A stretch of 63,891 bases of DNA, the filler included, from the NCBI GenBank assembly GCA_964501035.1. It is 3 parts of 3 records of this genome, joined end to end, with 100 filler letters (N's around TTAATTAATTAA, not from the genome) between each part and the next. Parts side by side here need not be neighbours in the genome. Positions count along the whole stretch, not along the records: positions 31,187 to 60,084 come from CAZCRK010000016.1; 2 more parts are not named here. The stretch is one strand, 5' to 3'. Numbering within the stretch: the stretch's first letter is position 1; each line of letters starts with the position of its first letter. Shown in pieces: positions 38,203 through 50,633 of this stretch. Made by a program: the position numbers and the translations under genes. The notes beneath the pieces were generated by a model. The model was not told the origin of the DNA. It made no database searches and saw nothing but the letters and a program-made list of their open reading frames with translations.

Positions 38203-39387
38203 TTAATCTAATTTTTCACATGCTATTTCTAAACGATCCATTGCTCTATTTAGCTCAGCTTCTGATGCTGCATACGAGAAACGAACGTGGTCATTTGCAC
38301 CAAAACTTTCACCTGCAACTGACACAACAAATTGGTCTTCAAGTAAATACATTGACATATCATTTGATGAAAGTATTGTTTTACCCTCAAAAGACCGGCC
38401 CCAAAAATACGACATTTTAGGGAAAACATAAAATGCTCCACCAGGATTTGAGCAAGAAATTCCATTTATATCATTTAACCTACTCACAATTAGCTCTCTA
38501 CGAGTTTTAAATGCATCTCGCATTTCTGTAATACAGGATTGATCTCCCGTAAGAGCTTCAATTGCTGCATATTGCGCAATAGAGTTGGGGCAGGATGTAC
38601 TCTGTCCTTGTAATTTAGACATTGCTTTTATTACATCTTGTCGCCCTGCTGTATAACCTATTCGCCACCCAGTCATTGCATAGGTTTTTGAACATGATTG
38701 AAACGTTAAAATTTTATCATAATTAGAATCCAATGTAGCTGTACTTGTGAATGGTTTATCATACGTCAGTTGTTCATAACATTCATCTGAAAACACCCAA
38801 ATATCATGTTTTTTTGCTAATTCCACAGTTTTTAATACAGCTTCATCACTCCAAACACCTCCTGTTGGGTTTGAAGGGGAATTAATAATAATTCCTTTTG
38901 TATTTGCATTAATTTTAGATTCTAATTGTTCAAAAAATGGTTCAAATTGTTTCTCAGGATTAGTATCAACAAATACGGGTGTTGCACCTGTTACTGATAC
39001 AAAATCTGGAAATGATACCCAATAGGGTGAAAAAATAATAACTTCATCACCTGTTTGAAACAGAACCTGGCAAGCATTATATAAAGAATGTTTTCCACCA
39101 CATGAAATTATAATTTGGTCGGGTGAATATTGTAAGTTATTATCTCGAGCCATTTTTTCTGAGGCTGCCTTCCTAAGCGGAAGCATTCCGGGGCCTGGTG
39201 TATATCGGGTATATCCTAAATCGATAGCTTTTTTACCAGCTTCTTGAATATTTGAAGGTGTTGGAAAATCGGGTTCGCCCACACTTAAATTAATTACATC
39301 CACTCCTGCTTCACGAAGCTCGGCTGCTTTTGCTGTCATCTGTAATGTTGCAGATGGCTGAATTCTATTTATTCTATCAGTAAACAT
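38203..39387 (-). CDS. aspC: PLP-dependent class I aminotransferase (aspartate aminotransferase family)
   Basis: GEPDF, NSPSNPTG, DECY, SKTYAMTGWRIGY. Confidence 0.88.
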   Translation of the reverse strand: MFTDRINRIQPSATLQMTAKAAELREAGVDVINLSVGEPDFPTPSNIQEAGKKAIDLGYTRYTPGPGMLPLRKAASEKMARDNNLQYSPDQIIISCGGKHSLYNACQVLFQTGDEVIIFSPYWVSFPDFVSVTGATPVFVDTNPEKQFEPFFEQLESKINANTKGIIINSPSNPTGGVWSDEAVLKTVELAKKHDIWVFSDECYEQLTYDKPFTSTATLDSNYDKILTFQSCSKTYAMTGWRIGYTAGRQDVIKAMSKLQGQSTSCPNSIAQYAAIEALTGDQSCITEMRDAFKTRRELIVSRLNDINGISCSNPGGAFYVFPKMSYFWGRSFEGKTILSSNDMSMYLLEDQFVVSVAGESFGANDHVRFSYAASEAELNRAMDRLEIACEKLD

Positions 39388-39395
39388 GTGTTCCT

Positions 39396-40643
39396 TTATG
39401 AGCTCATTGTATCTAAAAATTCACGATTACTTTTGGTTCTTGAAAGTTTATCTAATAGAAATTCCATCGCTTCTACATTGGTCATTTCATTAAACAATTT
39501 TCTCAGCAACCAAATTCTAGTTAGGTCTTTTCTCCCCAGCAATTTATCTTCTCTTCTGGTAGAAGAACGATTGATATCAATTGATGGATACACACGACGG
39601 TCACTAAGTTCTCTATCTAGAACCAGTTCCATATTACCTGTACCTTTAAATTCTTCAAAAATGACTTCATCCATTCTACTACCTGTATCAATCAAGGCTG
39701 TGGAAATAATGGTCAAACTACCGCCACCTTCAACATTTCTTGCAGCACCAAAAAATCGTTTTGGCTTATGAAGCGCATTAGAATCCACACCACCCGAAAG
39801 TATTTTTCCACTATGCGGAATAACCGTATTGTATGCTCGGGCTAAACGAGTGATAGAATCTAGAAGAATGACAACATCACTACCTGCTTCCACTTCCCGT
39901 TTTGCTTTTTCAATTACCATGTCAGCCACTTGCACGTGTCGATCTGCTGGTTCGTCAAACGTAGATGCCACAACTTCAGCTTCAACACTGCGTGCCATAT
40001 CTGTAACTTCTTCAGGTCGCTCATCAATCAACAAAATTATTAGTTTAATATCAGGACTATTTGTAGTAATTGCATTTGCAATTTTTTGAAGCAATATAGT
40101 TTTACCTGTTTTCGGTTGTGAGACAATTAACCCCCGTTGTCCTTTTCCAATAGGCGATAACATGTCAATAATTCGAGTGGAATATTCTTTACCTGCAGTT
40201 TCTAATTTAATAATTTCTTCAGGATAAAGGGGTGTAAGATTATCAAAATGCACCTGCCCTTTAGATTCTTCTGGCGCAATACCATTGACAGTTTCTACTC
40301 TTAGAAGGGCAAAAAATCGTTCATTGTCTTTTGGTGGTCGAACTTGACCTGAAATTCTATGCCCAGTACGTAACCTAAATCGTTTTATTTGAGAATGAGA
40401 AACGTAAATATCATCTGGACCTGGAAGATAACTATAATCTTGTGAGCGCAAAAATCCATAGCCGTCTTGCATTACTTCTAACACTCCTGATGCATAAATA
40501 TTGCCATTTTTCTTGGCTTGAGATTCTAAAATTAATTTAATTAAATCTTGTTTTCTTAGTCCTGAGAAATCTGCTGCACCCAATGATTGAGCAAATTTTT
40601 GTAATTCTTTTACAGTTAACGCCTGTAGTTCGCTAGTATCCAT
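39396..40643 (-). CDS. rho: Transcription termination factor Rho
   Basis: [36 protein letters not shown]. Confidence 0.98.
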   Translation of the reverse strand: MDTSELQALTVKELQKFAQSLGAADFSGLRKQDLIKLILESQAKKNGNIYASGVLEVMQDGYGFLRSQDYSYLPGPDDIYVSHSQIKRFRLRTGHRISGQVRPPKDNERFFALLRVETVNGIAPEESKGQVHFDNLTPLYPEEIIKLETAGKEYSTRIIDMLSPIGKGQRGLIVSQPKTGKTILLQKIANAITTNSPDIKLIILLIDERPEEVTDMARSVEAEVVASTFDEPADRHVQVADMVIEKAKREVEAGSDVVILLDSITRLARAYNTVIPHSGKILSGGVDSNALHKPKRFFGAARNVEGGGSLTIISTALIDTGSRMDEVIFEEFKGTGNMELVLDRELSDRRVYPSIDINRSSTRREDKLLGRKDLTRIWLLRKLFNEMTNVEAMEFLLDKLSRTKSNREFLDTMSS

Positions 40644-40748
40644 ATTTTCCTTATGATTATTAAAAAAGGTTGACTAATTATAATTTTTGAAAATGTAAAG
40701 AGTTAAAGAGGATGCTTCCCTCTATCAAAATTTACACTTTTTTCGTAT

Positions 40749-41942
40749 TTAATCAAAAGATATTTCAAAAACGTCTTGTATAGCACTCCCCATGTAATGA
40801 GATCCTACAATTGCAATGCTGTCATTTGATGAGGAATTGCTTAAACTACTTCTGATAGCTTTATTTAAGTTTGGCTCACAAACAATTGAAGGGTCATCGC
40901 TGAAATAGCTTTTTAAAATTGTTGCATCCATGCTATGCTTGTTATTGGTTTGGGAGCAAACAATGGTATCAAATTCCATTTCGATTCGAGGAACAATATC
41001 TGAAATGTTTTTCCTAGATTGAACGGATAAAATGAGGGTTTTATTATCTGATTGAGTTTTTGAAAATTCATTTAAGAAACAAATAATTCCATCTTTGTTA
41101 TGTCCCACATCAAAAACTACAAACGGATTATTTTGAATAATTTGAAATCTTCCGGGCCAAACCACATTTTGTAGTCCGGTTGAAATATTATCCTCAGAAA
41201 TAGTAAACTGGTTCAATGATAAACATGCCTCTTTGGCTAGTTGAGCATTTTGAAGCTGATGGTTACCTTTAAGTGAAACTTGGGAACAAGTATTATTGGA
41301 TAATTCTACAAATTTCATTTCAGCATTTTGAACTTTTGCGGTGTTAGTTAAAATGTTTTGAGCAACAAGTTGTTGCTTCACTGAAATACATTTAACATTT
41401 TTACGAATTGCTCCTGCCTTTTCTATGGTAATTTTTTCTAAACTATCACCTAAAATTTCGACATGGTCTAACGAAATGGGAGTAAAAACAAGTAAACTTG
41501 GGTTGCACACACTCACACTATCAAAACGTCCTCCAAGTCCAGTTTCTAATATGGCAATATCTACTTTTTCTCGTTGGAAATACCACATCCCAAGTGTTGT
41601 CAACACTTCAAAAAAAGAGGCATCAATTCGTTCAATATCGTCTTTAGTCCTTTGAATAAAATCATCTATTACTTTATTGGAAATAGAAACACCGTTGATT
41701 CGGATTCTTTCATTTACATGTACTAAGTGAGGAGATGTAAACAACCCTACTTTATATCCTGCAGTTTTGAAAATACTTGCTATCATCGCAGATGTAGACC
41801 CTTTTCCATTTGTACCCACAACTTGAATACATGGAAGATTTTTATGTGGCGAGCCACATGCTTCCATTAACTGAAAGGTTCGCTCTAAACCAAGCTTAAT
41901 TCCTTTGGGTTCTATAGACAGAAGGTACTGTATTGAATTCAT
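40749..41942 (-). CDS. folC: Dihydrofolate/folylpolyglutamate synthase
   Basis: GTNGKGS, TSPHL, ETGLGGRFD, WPGRF. Confidence 0.95.
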   Translation of the reverse strand: MNSIQYLLSIEPKGIKLGLERTFQLMEACGSPHKNLPCIQVVGTNGKGSTSAMIASIFKTAGYKVGLFTSPHLVHVNERIRINGVSISNKVIDDFIQRTKDDIERIDASFFEVLTTLGMWYFQREKVDIAILETGLGGRFDSVSVCNPSLLVFTPISLDHVEILGDSLEKITIEKAGAIRKNVKCISVKQQLVAQNILTNTAKVQNAEMKFVELSNNTCSQVSLKGNHQLQNAQLAKEACLSLNQFTISEDNISTGLQNVVWPGRFQIIQNNPFVVFDVGHNKDGIICFLNEFSKTQSDNKTLILSVQSRKNISDIVPRIEMEFDTIVCSQTNNKHSMDATILKSYFSDDPSIVCEPNLNKAIRSSLSNSSSNDSIAIVGSHYMGSAIQDVFEISFD

Positions 41943-42751
41943 TACATTAAAGAAACTAGTTCAACATTTGATATTTTTTTTCCTAAAAATTGACTTCCTA
42001 AATCATCAAATTTTTGAGGATAATCTGTAACGAAATATCGAGTTTTGCCTGGAGAGGAGTTCATGTTTACAATTTGTTTGGTTTTCATGAATTGAAAAAT
42101 AGTATCTGCAATAGCGTCACCAGATTCGACAAATACAATTTTATTCGAAAATATTTTATTGATTGTTTGTTCGATTATAGGGTAGTGCGTACATCCAAGA
42201 ACCAGTGTATCAATATCATGTTGATTGAGTTGTTCCAAATATGTTTGAGCAATTTGTTCGGCCACAGCAGTATTAGACCACCCCTCTTCTATAATTGGAA
42301 CAAACAATGGACATGCTTTTTCGAAAATTTCCAAATTTGCGTTAAGCGATTGAAATAATTCCAAATACACATGCGAATTAATCGTTGCACGGGTTCCAAT
42401 AACACCAATTTTTCCGTTTTTAGTTAAATCCATTGCTTTTTGTACGCTTGGTTTCACAACACCAACTATTGGGATATCAAATTCTTTTTCTAAAATTGGA
42501 AGTGCAACCGAAGAAGCAGTATTGCATGCAATAACGACCATCTTTACATTGTGGTGTACTAAAAAATTGGTTATTTCTCGTGAATAATGTTGAACCGTTT
42601 TCTCACTCCTCGTTCCGTACGGAACATGGGCTGTATCACCAAAATAAATAAATGATTCATTGGGAAAGTGGTGATGCAATGCTTTCAAGACCGTTAATCC
42701 ACCTAGACCACTATCAAAAACTCCAATAGGAGAACTCGAATTAATCACCAC
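41942..42751 (-). CDS. murI: Glutamate racemase
   Basis: FDSGLGGLTV, IACNTAS, LGCTHYP. Confidence 0.97.
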   Translation of the reverse strand: MVINSSSPIGVFDSGLGGLTVLKALHHHFPNESFIYFGDTAHVPYGTRSEKTVQHYSREITNFLVHHNVKMVVIACNTASSVALPILEKEFDIPIVGVVKPSVQKAMDLTKNGKIGVIGTRATINSHVYLELFQSLNANLEIFEKACPLFVPIIEEGWSNTAVAEQIAQTYLEQLNQHDIDTLVLGCTHYPIIEQTINKIFSNKIVFVESGDAIADTIFQFMKTKQIVNMNSSPGKTRYFVTDYPQKFDDLGSQFLGKKISNVELVSLM

Positions 42752-44210
42752 TAATTAGCGCACTTTCATATTTATTTTTAAACTCAACTAACGCAGTAAA
42801 AATAGCTTTTGCAATCTTTAATCTATAACTAGATTTCCCTAACAAATTGGCTTCTGATTTATTAGTTAAGAATCCAACCTCTATAAGCACATTAGGCATA
42901 GAAGCACCCACTAATACATGAAATCCAGCTTGTTTTACACCTCGATTAGGTGATGTTAAATTTTTGTCCAATTCACGTTGAATTGTTGCTGCTAAATATT
43001 CACTTTCTTTCATGAATGAACTTTGAGCCATTGTTGCTAAAATTAAATTTTCATTCGATAACTTTTCATAGCTTTCATGGTATTCTTCTTCCATTGAAAT
43101 TACTTCATTTTCACGTTGAGCAACCTCGATTGCATCTTGCGTTCTACCCGGGCGTAACAGGTAGGTTTCAAACCCCTTTGCTCCCCGACTATGAGGTGTT
43201 GCGTTTGCATGAATGCTGATAAATACTTTACCACCAGATTCATTGGCTATTTGTGTGCGTTTTTTTAGTGGAATGAATACGTCTTCATCTCGAGTGTAAA
43301 CGACATTAACACCCATATTTCGCTCAATAAGTTTTCCCAGTTTTTTAGAAATATCAAGAGTAACTGTTTTTTCCTGAAGCCCTGTTTTACCAACTGCACC
43401 GGGATCTTTGCCTCCATGCCCTGCATCAATTACAATTGTATCAAGTAACCATTTGGTTCGCATTTCTTTAATTCGATTTGCATTTTCAGCCATTTCTACT
43501 CTTAATGAAATTCTGATTTCATTTTCAGAAGATTCAATATCAAAATCATCCACCTTAGATTTCAATAATAATGAAATTTGTGCTGATTCAGGAGATTGAA
43601 TACATCGTGTTTTAACCACAGGATTTGTAACAGCTGACGATACAACACTAACAGAATCTGCAAAAGCACCAGGAATAGTAATATTTAGCCATCCCCCTCG
43701 AGTAACAGAGGCTGCAATTACATGTTTTGGGAAATAGGACGAAGTTTTTATTTTGATAAGTGTTCCATTTGTCTTGTTAACGACATCAATATTGTGAATA
43801 TTATATGACGGGGTTGCGGTAATGACAAATGTTTCGGATGAATCAAACACCGAATTAGATAAACCTGCTTTGACCAACATTCTTAGAAATGGTTCAGCTG
43901 GCAAGAAAAAATCATTTCCATCAAATACTGAAGGTAAGTATAAATGAAAAATTTCATCATTTACCTTGATAAAAGATGAATGGGGAGAAACGGTTAACTT
44001 ATGTTTTGGAAATCTGAGTTCAATTTTTTCTTTATCTTCATAAAAAATAGTTTGAACATTTTGAACATTTGCAAACTCGTTGAGAGAAATGTACGAAATT
44101 CCATTCATTTGATAAACTTTGGTTTTAACATTTTTGGTTTGCTGTCCAAACCCAATGTTGCCCAATATTATCAAGATAATTAATATGAATGTTGAAAAAT
44201 GATGCTTCAT
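42741..44210 (-). CDS. N-acetylmuramoyl-L-alanine amidase (Amidase_3)
   Basis: IDAGHGGKDPG, FISIHAN, MPNVLIEVGF; signal peptide. Confidence 0.93.
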   Translation of the reverse strand: MKHHFSTFILIILIILGNIGFGQQTKNVKTKVYQMNGISYISLNEFANVQNVQTIFYEDKEKIELRFPKHKLTVSPHSSFIKVNDEIFHLYLPSVFDGNDFFLPAEPFLRMLVKAGLSNSVFDSSETFVITATPSYNIHNIDVVNKTNGTLIKIKTSSYFPKHVIAASVTRGGWLNITIPGAFADSVSVVSSAVTNPVVKTRCIQSPESAQISLLLKSKVDDFDIESSENEIRISLRVEMAENANRIKEMRTKWLLDTIVIDAGHGGKDPGAVGKTGLQEKTVTLDISKKLGKLIERNMGVNVVYTRDEDVFIPLKKRTQIANESGGKVFISIHANATPHSRGAKGFETYLLRPGRTQDAIEVAQRENEVISMEEEYHESYEKLSNENLILATMAQSSFMKESEYLAATIQRELDKNLTSPNRGVKQAGFHVLVGASMPNVLIEVGFLTNKSEANLLGKSSYRLKIAKAIFTALVEFKNKYESALISGD

Positions 44211-44239
44211 TAATGGTTGAAAATTACTCTAATTATTCT

Positions 44240-45676
44240 TCAGAAAACAATATCCATCTGAACTGCCACATTTTGCTGAAAATATGTTTGATTATGCGAC
44301 GCATGGTCTAACGATATTCTTGCACTCAAAAATATAACTGGAGATGGATTCCATATAAACTTACTAAATATGGAATACCCTTTATCATAAAAACTTCGTA
44401 TTCTAAACTCACCCTTTAAACCTGGTTCGTATATATACATTCTAGAATCCCAGCTATCTGTTTTATAGACATTAAACCCACCAATAAATTTTTTCTGACT
44501 AGTTTCATAAACATCCATTGAGAAACCAACCAACAATCCCTTTTCATTTTTTCTCAGTTTTGATGTAATAGTATTGTACTGTAATGTTGTTGAGGTTCTC
44601 GGGTTTTTATATTTTACTGAAATTTTATTTTTCTTTATTATTTCCCAATATTGGTTTTCTAAATCGTTCTCTGTAATTATGGTTGATTCTAAATTGTTTT
44701 TAGTTCTTAATCTAAGCTCCAATAGGTGATTGGAATTAAAATTATATTTTACACCAAAATAATAATCGCTTCCTCTGAGTAGAGGTTGGCTTTCATAATT
44801 TTGCATCTGGGAATATACATCTAGCCATCCAGACCAGATTATTTTGTTTGTTTTAAGGTAATATGCAATAATCAAACCTTTCTCATTTTTTCCACCCAAA
44901 GTTGTATAAGGTTTACCAAACATGTTTGCATGATTAGAGCTTAGAACTCTTTTTTGAATCAACCATTTAAATGTTGGTTTGTCAATATAACCATTCATTA
45001 TAAAGGACATTCCAGGTGATTGAAAAACAATTTCACTGTTAAGGATAATATTGCCAAATGAAAACTCATTTACCAGACTTGTAGATAAATTTTTATTCAT
45101 TGAGACTGTAGTGAGTCTTAAATCAAATGGAATATTTTTCCATCTAAGAGAAGCAAATTTTAGTTGATCTGTTATTATGAAATCTGATATGAATGATGAC
45201 TTAATGTGATATTGATAATATGCTCCATACATATCATCATTGGAGTACGATGATAAGTCAATATTAATAATTTGCTTTTGTTTTGCAATCTGAATAATAT
45301 TTTCATAAGATTTAATACGACCATATTTTGATGAAAACAAATGCCCTTGTCCTAATTCAACCTTAACATTGCCCAATAAAAATTTAGATTTTGGGTTAAT
45401 CCAAGAAAAGCTGAATTTCTTATTAGAAAATTCTTTTTCTTCGGCAATTTTGTCTATCCTCCAACCTGCGATAATTCGATTGAATTTCAAGATTTGCAAA
45501 TAGTACCATTTTTCATCTATGTCTTCAGGTTGAACTCGTATTCTACAATTATTCTGTTCGAAGCTAATTTGACTAACCTCATCAACATCTGTGGTATAAT
45601 CTTCAGGGTCAGAGTTTGATGGGCTGTTTTGTGATAACAAAAAACTAAGAGCAACCAAGAACAGTTTATTTTGCAT
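44240..45676 (-). CDS. Outer-membrane protein related to the C-terminal barrel of FCB-group ComEA-like proteins
   Basis: GN...LGQG.L, NEKG, TDSWDSRMYIYE motifs; C-terminal Phe. Confidence 0.5.
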   Translation of the reverse strand: MQNKLFLVALSFLLSQNSPSNSDPEDYTTDVDEVSQISFEQNNCRIRVQPEDIDEKWYYLQILKFNRIIAGWRIDKIAEEKEFSNKKFSFSWINPKSKFLLGNVKVELGQGHLFSSKYGRIKSYENIIQIAKQKQIINIDLSSYSNDDMYGAYYQYHIKSSFISDFIITDQLKFASLRWKNIPFDLRLTTVSMNKNLSTSLVNEFSFGNIILNSEIVFQSPGMSFIMNGYIDKPTFKWLIQKRVLSSNHANMFGKPYTTLGGKNEKGLIIAYYLKTNKIIWSGWLDVYSQMQNYESQPLLRGSDYYFGVKYNFNSNHLLELRLRTKNNLESTIITENDLENQYWEIIKKNKISVKYKNPRTSTTLQYNTITSKLRKNEKGLLVGFSMDVYETSQKKFIGGFNVYKTDSWDSRMYIYEPGLKGEFRIRSFYDKGYSIFSKFIWNPSPVIFLSARISLDHASHNQTYFQQNVAVQMDIVF

Positions 45677-46409
45677 ACGAAAATGAAATCGAGTAGGTTA
45701 AACCCAAAACAGGGTGAATAAAATTGATTGAAGAAAATTCTAAATTATTTATAAGTGTTGTTAGTCCAAAATATATTTCTGAAGGTTCTCCACAGTACCC
45801 ACTTAACAAGTTAATATTCTTTATCACTTCAACTGAATAAAAAATGGTTTGTTTAACTGGAAACAATGTGTCTTTTTCAATTAAATAGTTTAGTTTATGT
45901 TTAGGTGAAGGGGTATAATCAAATGATAGTTTGAGGATTTGGGGAATATCATTTTTAAATTCATTTGAGTAAAACGTTGATATATTTCTTAAATGTAACT
46001 CGGTATTAAATTTTTTTGATATCTTATGTGTTGATAGAAAATTTATAGAAAATTGTTTTAAACTTTCATAATTTTTTATATCCACATTAAATAATGAAAC
46101 AGAACCGCCAATTTGAAAATTGTAAAAAGATTTGATAAATCCTAACTCTCCAAATGTTTCTTTATAAAGCTGGTCTCCACATAATGCAATTTGAAGATTT
46201 ATTTGATTTGATATCCACTTTTTTTGAACTGCAACCTGATTTACTATTAAATAATTTTGGATAAAGGGTAGGGTGGTTTTTGCAGAATACAGGAATTTCT
46301 CAAAGTTACGGTTACTTTGAATAATGTTTAATGAATGCGACTTTTCAATATTTTCAAATGCTGGAAATAACAATCCAGCAATAAAAATCAAGGATAATAG
46401 CCGGGACAC
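45666..46409 (-). CDS. Hypothetical exported beta-strand-rich protein
   Basis: Signal peptide with PAFE, GDQLYKE, HPVLGLTY motifs; coupled to the previous gene. Confidence 0.55.
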   Translation of the reverse strand: MSRLLSLIFIAGLLFPAFENIEKSHSLNIIQSNRNFEKFLYSAKTTLPFIQNYLIVNQVAVQKKWISNQINLQIALCGDQLYKETFGELGFIKSFYNFQIGGSVSLFNVDIKNYESLKQFSINFLSTHKISKKFNTELHLRNISTFYSNEFKNDIPQILKLSFDYTPSPKHKLNYLIEKDTLFPVKQTIFYSVEVIKNINLLSGYCGEPSEIYFGLTTLINNLEFSSINFIHPVLGLTYSISFSYAK

Positions 46410-46455
46410 GGTTTAAATCTCCTGAAAATTCTTAGGAGAATATACGAATTATTTT

Positions 46456-47118
46456 TTACAAATCAACAATATCAGCATCAATATACAGTTCAACGCGTCG
46501 ATTTAAAGCTCTTCCCTCTTCGGTTGTGTTTGTAGCAATTGGTTCGAATTTGCTTCTTCCTTCTGCAGAGAAAACTTCAGATGAAATATCAAGATTTTGA
46601 GATAAAAAGTCTGCTACTTTTACTGCTCTAGCTGAGGATAACTCTAAATTGGTTTTATATTTACCACCTAAAATTGTTTGATTATCTGTGTGACCCTCAA
46701 CTCGAATTCGAATTAACAACGTCTTGTTTTGTTTTTGTAATTGGTCAAACAATAATGGATTGTTTTCTTCAATATCTGTAGTAAAAAGTTCAGTACTTAT
46801 CATTTCATTACTAATTTCAATTAGAGTTTGTTTGCCAATCGATTTTATGCTTGCACTATTTTCGTCAAATAGTTTTCCAGATGGTATTGTAATTCTAATT
46901 CCTTTTGTATCTTGATGAATCAAAATATTATCTAAATGCTTTATGTTGTTTTCAAGAATGTATTTATTTTTCGTAAGTAAAACTTCAATTTCTTTATATA
47001 TGGTTGTGCTACCAGTTGAAATTACAACAATTCCAAGAATAAAGAAGGTTAAAAGCAAGGTAATTACATCAGCATAAGTTGCAAGCCAGTATTGTTTAAA
47101 ACTGAACTTGTTACTCAT
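46456..47118 (-). CDS. motB: MotB-type stator subunit with OmpA-like peptidoglycan-binding domain
   Basis: WLATYADVITLLLTFF, VEGHTD, NLELSSARA, NRRVE. Confidence 0.88.
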   Translation of the reverse strand: MSNKFSFKQYWLATYADVITLLLTFFILGIVVISTGSTTIYKEIEVLLTKNKYILENNIKHLDNILIHQDTKGIRITIPSGKLFDENSASIKSIGKQTLIEISNEMISTELFTTDIEENNPLLFDQLQKQNKTLLIRIRVEGHTDNQTILGGKYKTNLELSSARAVKVADFLSQNLDISSEVFSAEGRSKFEPIATNTTEEGRALNRRVELYIDADIVDL

Positions 47119-47919
47119 AGAATATTTTCGCGTTTAGACTCAGGTAAAAATGTTGCAAGTTTTTCACGGATTTGTATAGGATGATCATTTGAATGAACGC
47201 TAAGAATTCCCTCAATCATGAGTCGTTTTACTAAAATTTTGTTTGCAGTTAATCGTTTAAGCTTTCCACCAATAGGAAAAAAGAAAAGATTTGCTAAAAT
47301 GATGCCATATAAAGTTGTTGTCATCGCAAGCCCCATTCCGCTTAGGAGTTTTGAAAAACTTTGAGCAACATTAAATGTTAAATATGAATGATTTTGAGTA
47401 AATCCACCATGCATCATCACAATCAGGCCAATAATTGTTCCAATTAGACCAAATGCTGGAGAATACGTTCCCAAAAATAATAATATATCATGATCTTCCT
47501 CGTGCCGGTTAATCATATTTTCAAGTTCAAGGTTTAATACTCTTTCTAGTTTTTTAGCATCATTTTCATTAATTGCCAAATCTAAACCCGTTTGCAAGAA
47601 AGAATATTGAATATTTGGCAAATATTTTTCAAGGCCTCTTAATCCCTTGTTTCTTCGAACATTTCCAGCATCAACAATGATGTTTATAATGCCTTCAATG
47701 CTTTCTTCATAATTGTTAAAGGCATGTACAATGGTGTTCTTAATTCTTAAAATTGCAGAAAAAGGAAAGTTTATCATTGCAGCAGAAAGTGTTCCGCCTA
47801 ACACTAAAAACATGGCATTCCAATCTAATACCATCCATAAACTTCCTCCACGGTTAAGGATAGTTATACAAATAAGCAACATGCCTGCGAGTAATCCAAC
47901 AATTGTTGCGTATTCTTTT

Positions 47920-47930
<11 letters not shown>
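47115..47930 (-). CDS. motA: MotA/PomA-type stator subunit
   Basis: LVLGGT, SPAFGLIGTIIGLI, AMTTTLYG..LANL.F.P. Confidence 0.88.
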
Positions 47931-49529
<1,599 letters not shown>

Positions 49530-49611
49530 TTACTTAAATATCTTAAAATTTACTCCAATTTGTACATCAAAAATGCTGTAAATTTCCCGATATGAGTAAC
49601 ATATTGAGTAA

Positions 49612-50604
49612 GTGAAAATAAATTGTAGAAAATTAACATCTACCGATTATGAAATGTGGGATTATTTTGTTACAAATTCCACAAATGGTACAATCTTTAA
49701 TTATAGAAAATTTTTAAGTTATCATATTCATAGAGAATTTTATGATCACTCATTAATTTTTGAAAAAGGCGGAAAAATTATTGCATTATTCCCCGCTGCA
49801 GAGATTAATAACACCCAAAAAGTACTTTCTTCACACCCAGGTGCAAGTTTTGGTGGATTTATCTACAATAAACTTTCTTACTCAGATTGCACACAAATTC
49901 TTGAACTAGTAGATAACTACTGCATTGAAAATAATTTTACTGCCATTTCACTGATTCCAACTCAATTGCCATACCATTCTACGAAAGATGAATCTATAGA
50001 ATATGCAATGATTTGGAATGGATATTATATCAAAGAACACTATATTTCAAGTATTATTGATTTGAACATGGATGCTTCTTCACATATAAAATCAATCTAT
50101 AAGTTAAAGAATAGGACAGGGGGGTTTTACAAAAAACTGATTGAAAAATACAATATTTCGTTTCAATGGAATAAACGATTTGATCAGTTTTATCCAATTT
50201 TAGCTGAGAATAAAAAACGGCATGACTCAAACCCAACACACAGTTTAGCTGAGTTAGAAAAATTAGATAAACTGTTTCCAAATTCGTTTAATTTATTGAT
50301 GATGTATTCCAATGAAATACCAGTTGGGGGAACCCTGATGTTTCATGCGAATTCGCGTGTAGGAATTATTTTTTATAATATGATAGATTATAATTATTTA
50401 GACCTTCATCCTTCAACATTGCAGATAATTGAAGTTATTAAATGGGCATATGATAGAGAGTATATTCATTTAGATTTTGGGATTTCACATGAACCAAAAG
50501 CAGAAAATCCACTTACACCAAGTGAATCGCTTATTCGTTTTAAAGAAGAATTTGGCTCTCGTGTTTCTATCCGAAAAGTGTACTCAAAAGAAATTCGAGG
50601 TTAG
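49612..50604 (+). CDS. GNAT/FemAB-like acyltransferase (glycan cluster)
   Basis: SHPGASFGG, LDFGIS, LIRFKEEFG. Confidence 0.75.
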   Translation: MKINCRKLTSTDYEMWDYFVTNSTNGTIFNYRKFLSYHIHREFYDHSLIFEKGGKIIALFPAAEINNTQKVLSSHPGASFGGFIYNKLSYSDCTQILELVDNYCIENNFTAISLIPTQLPYHSTKDESIEYAMIWNGYYIKEHYISSIIDLNMDASSHIKSIYKLKNRTGGFYKKLIEKYNISFQWNKRFDQFYPILAENKKRHDSNPTHSLAELEKLDKLFPNSFNLLMMYSNEIPVGGTLMFHANSRVGIIFYNMIDYNYLDLHPSTLQIIEVIKWAYDREYIHLDFGISHEPKAENPLTPSESLIRFKEEFGSRVSIRKVYSKEIRG

Positions 50605-50633
50605 TTTCGTTTCATCATTATTAAGGATTTTGA

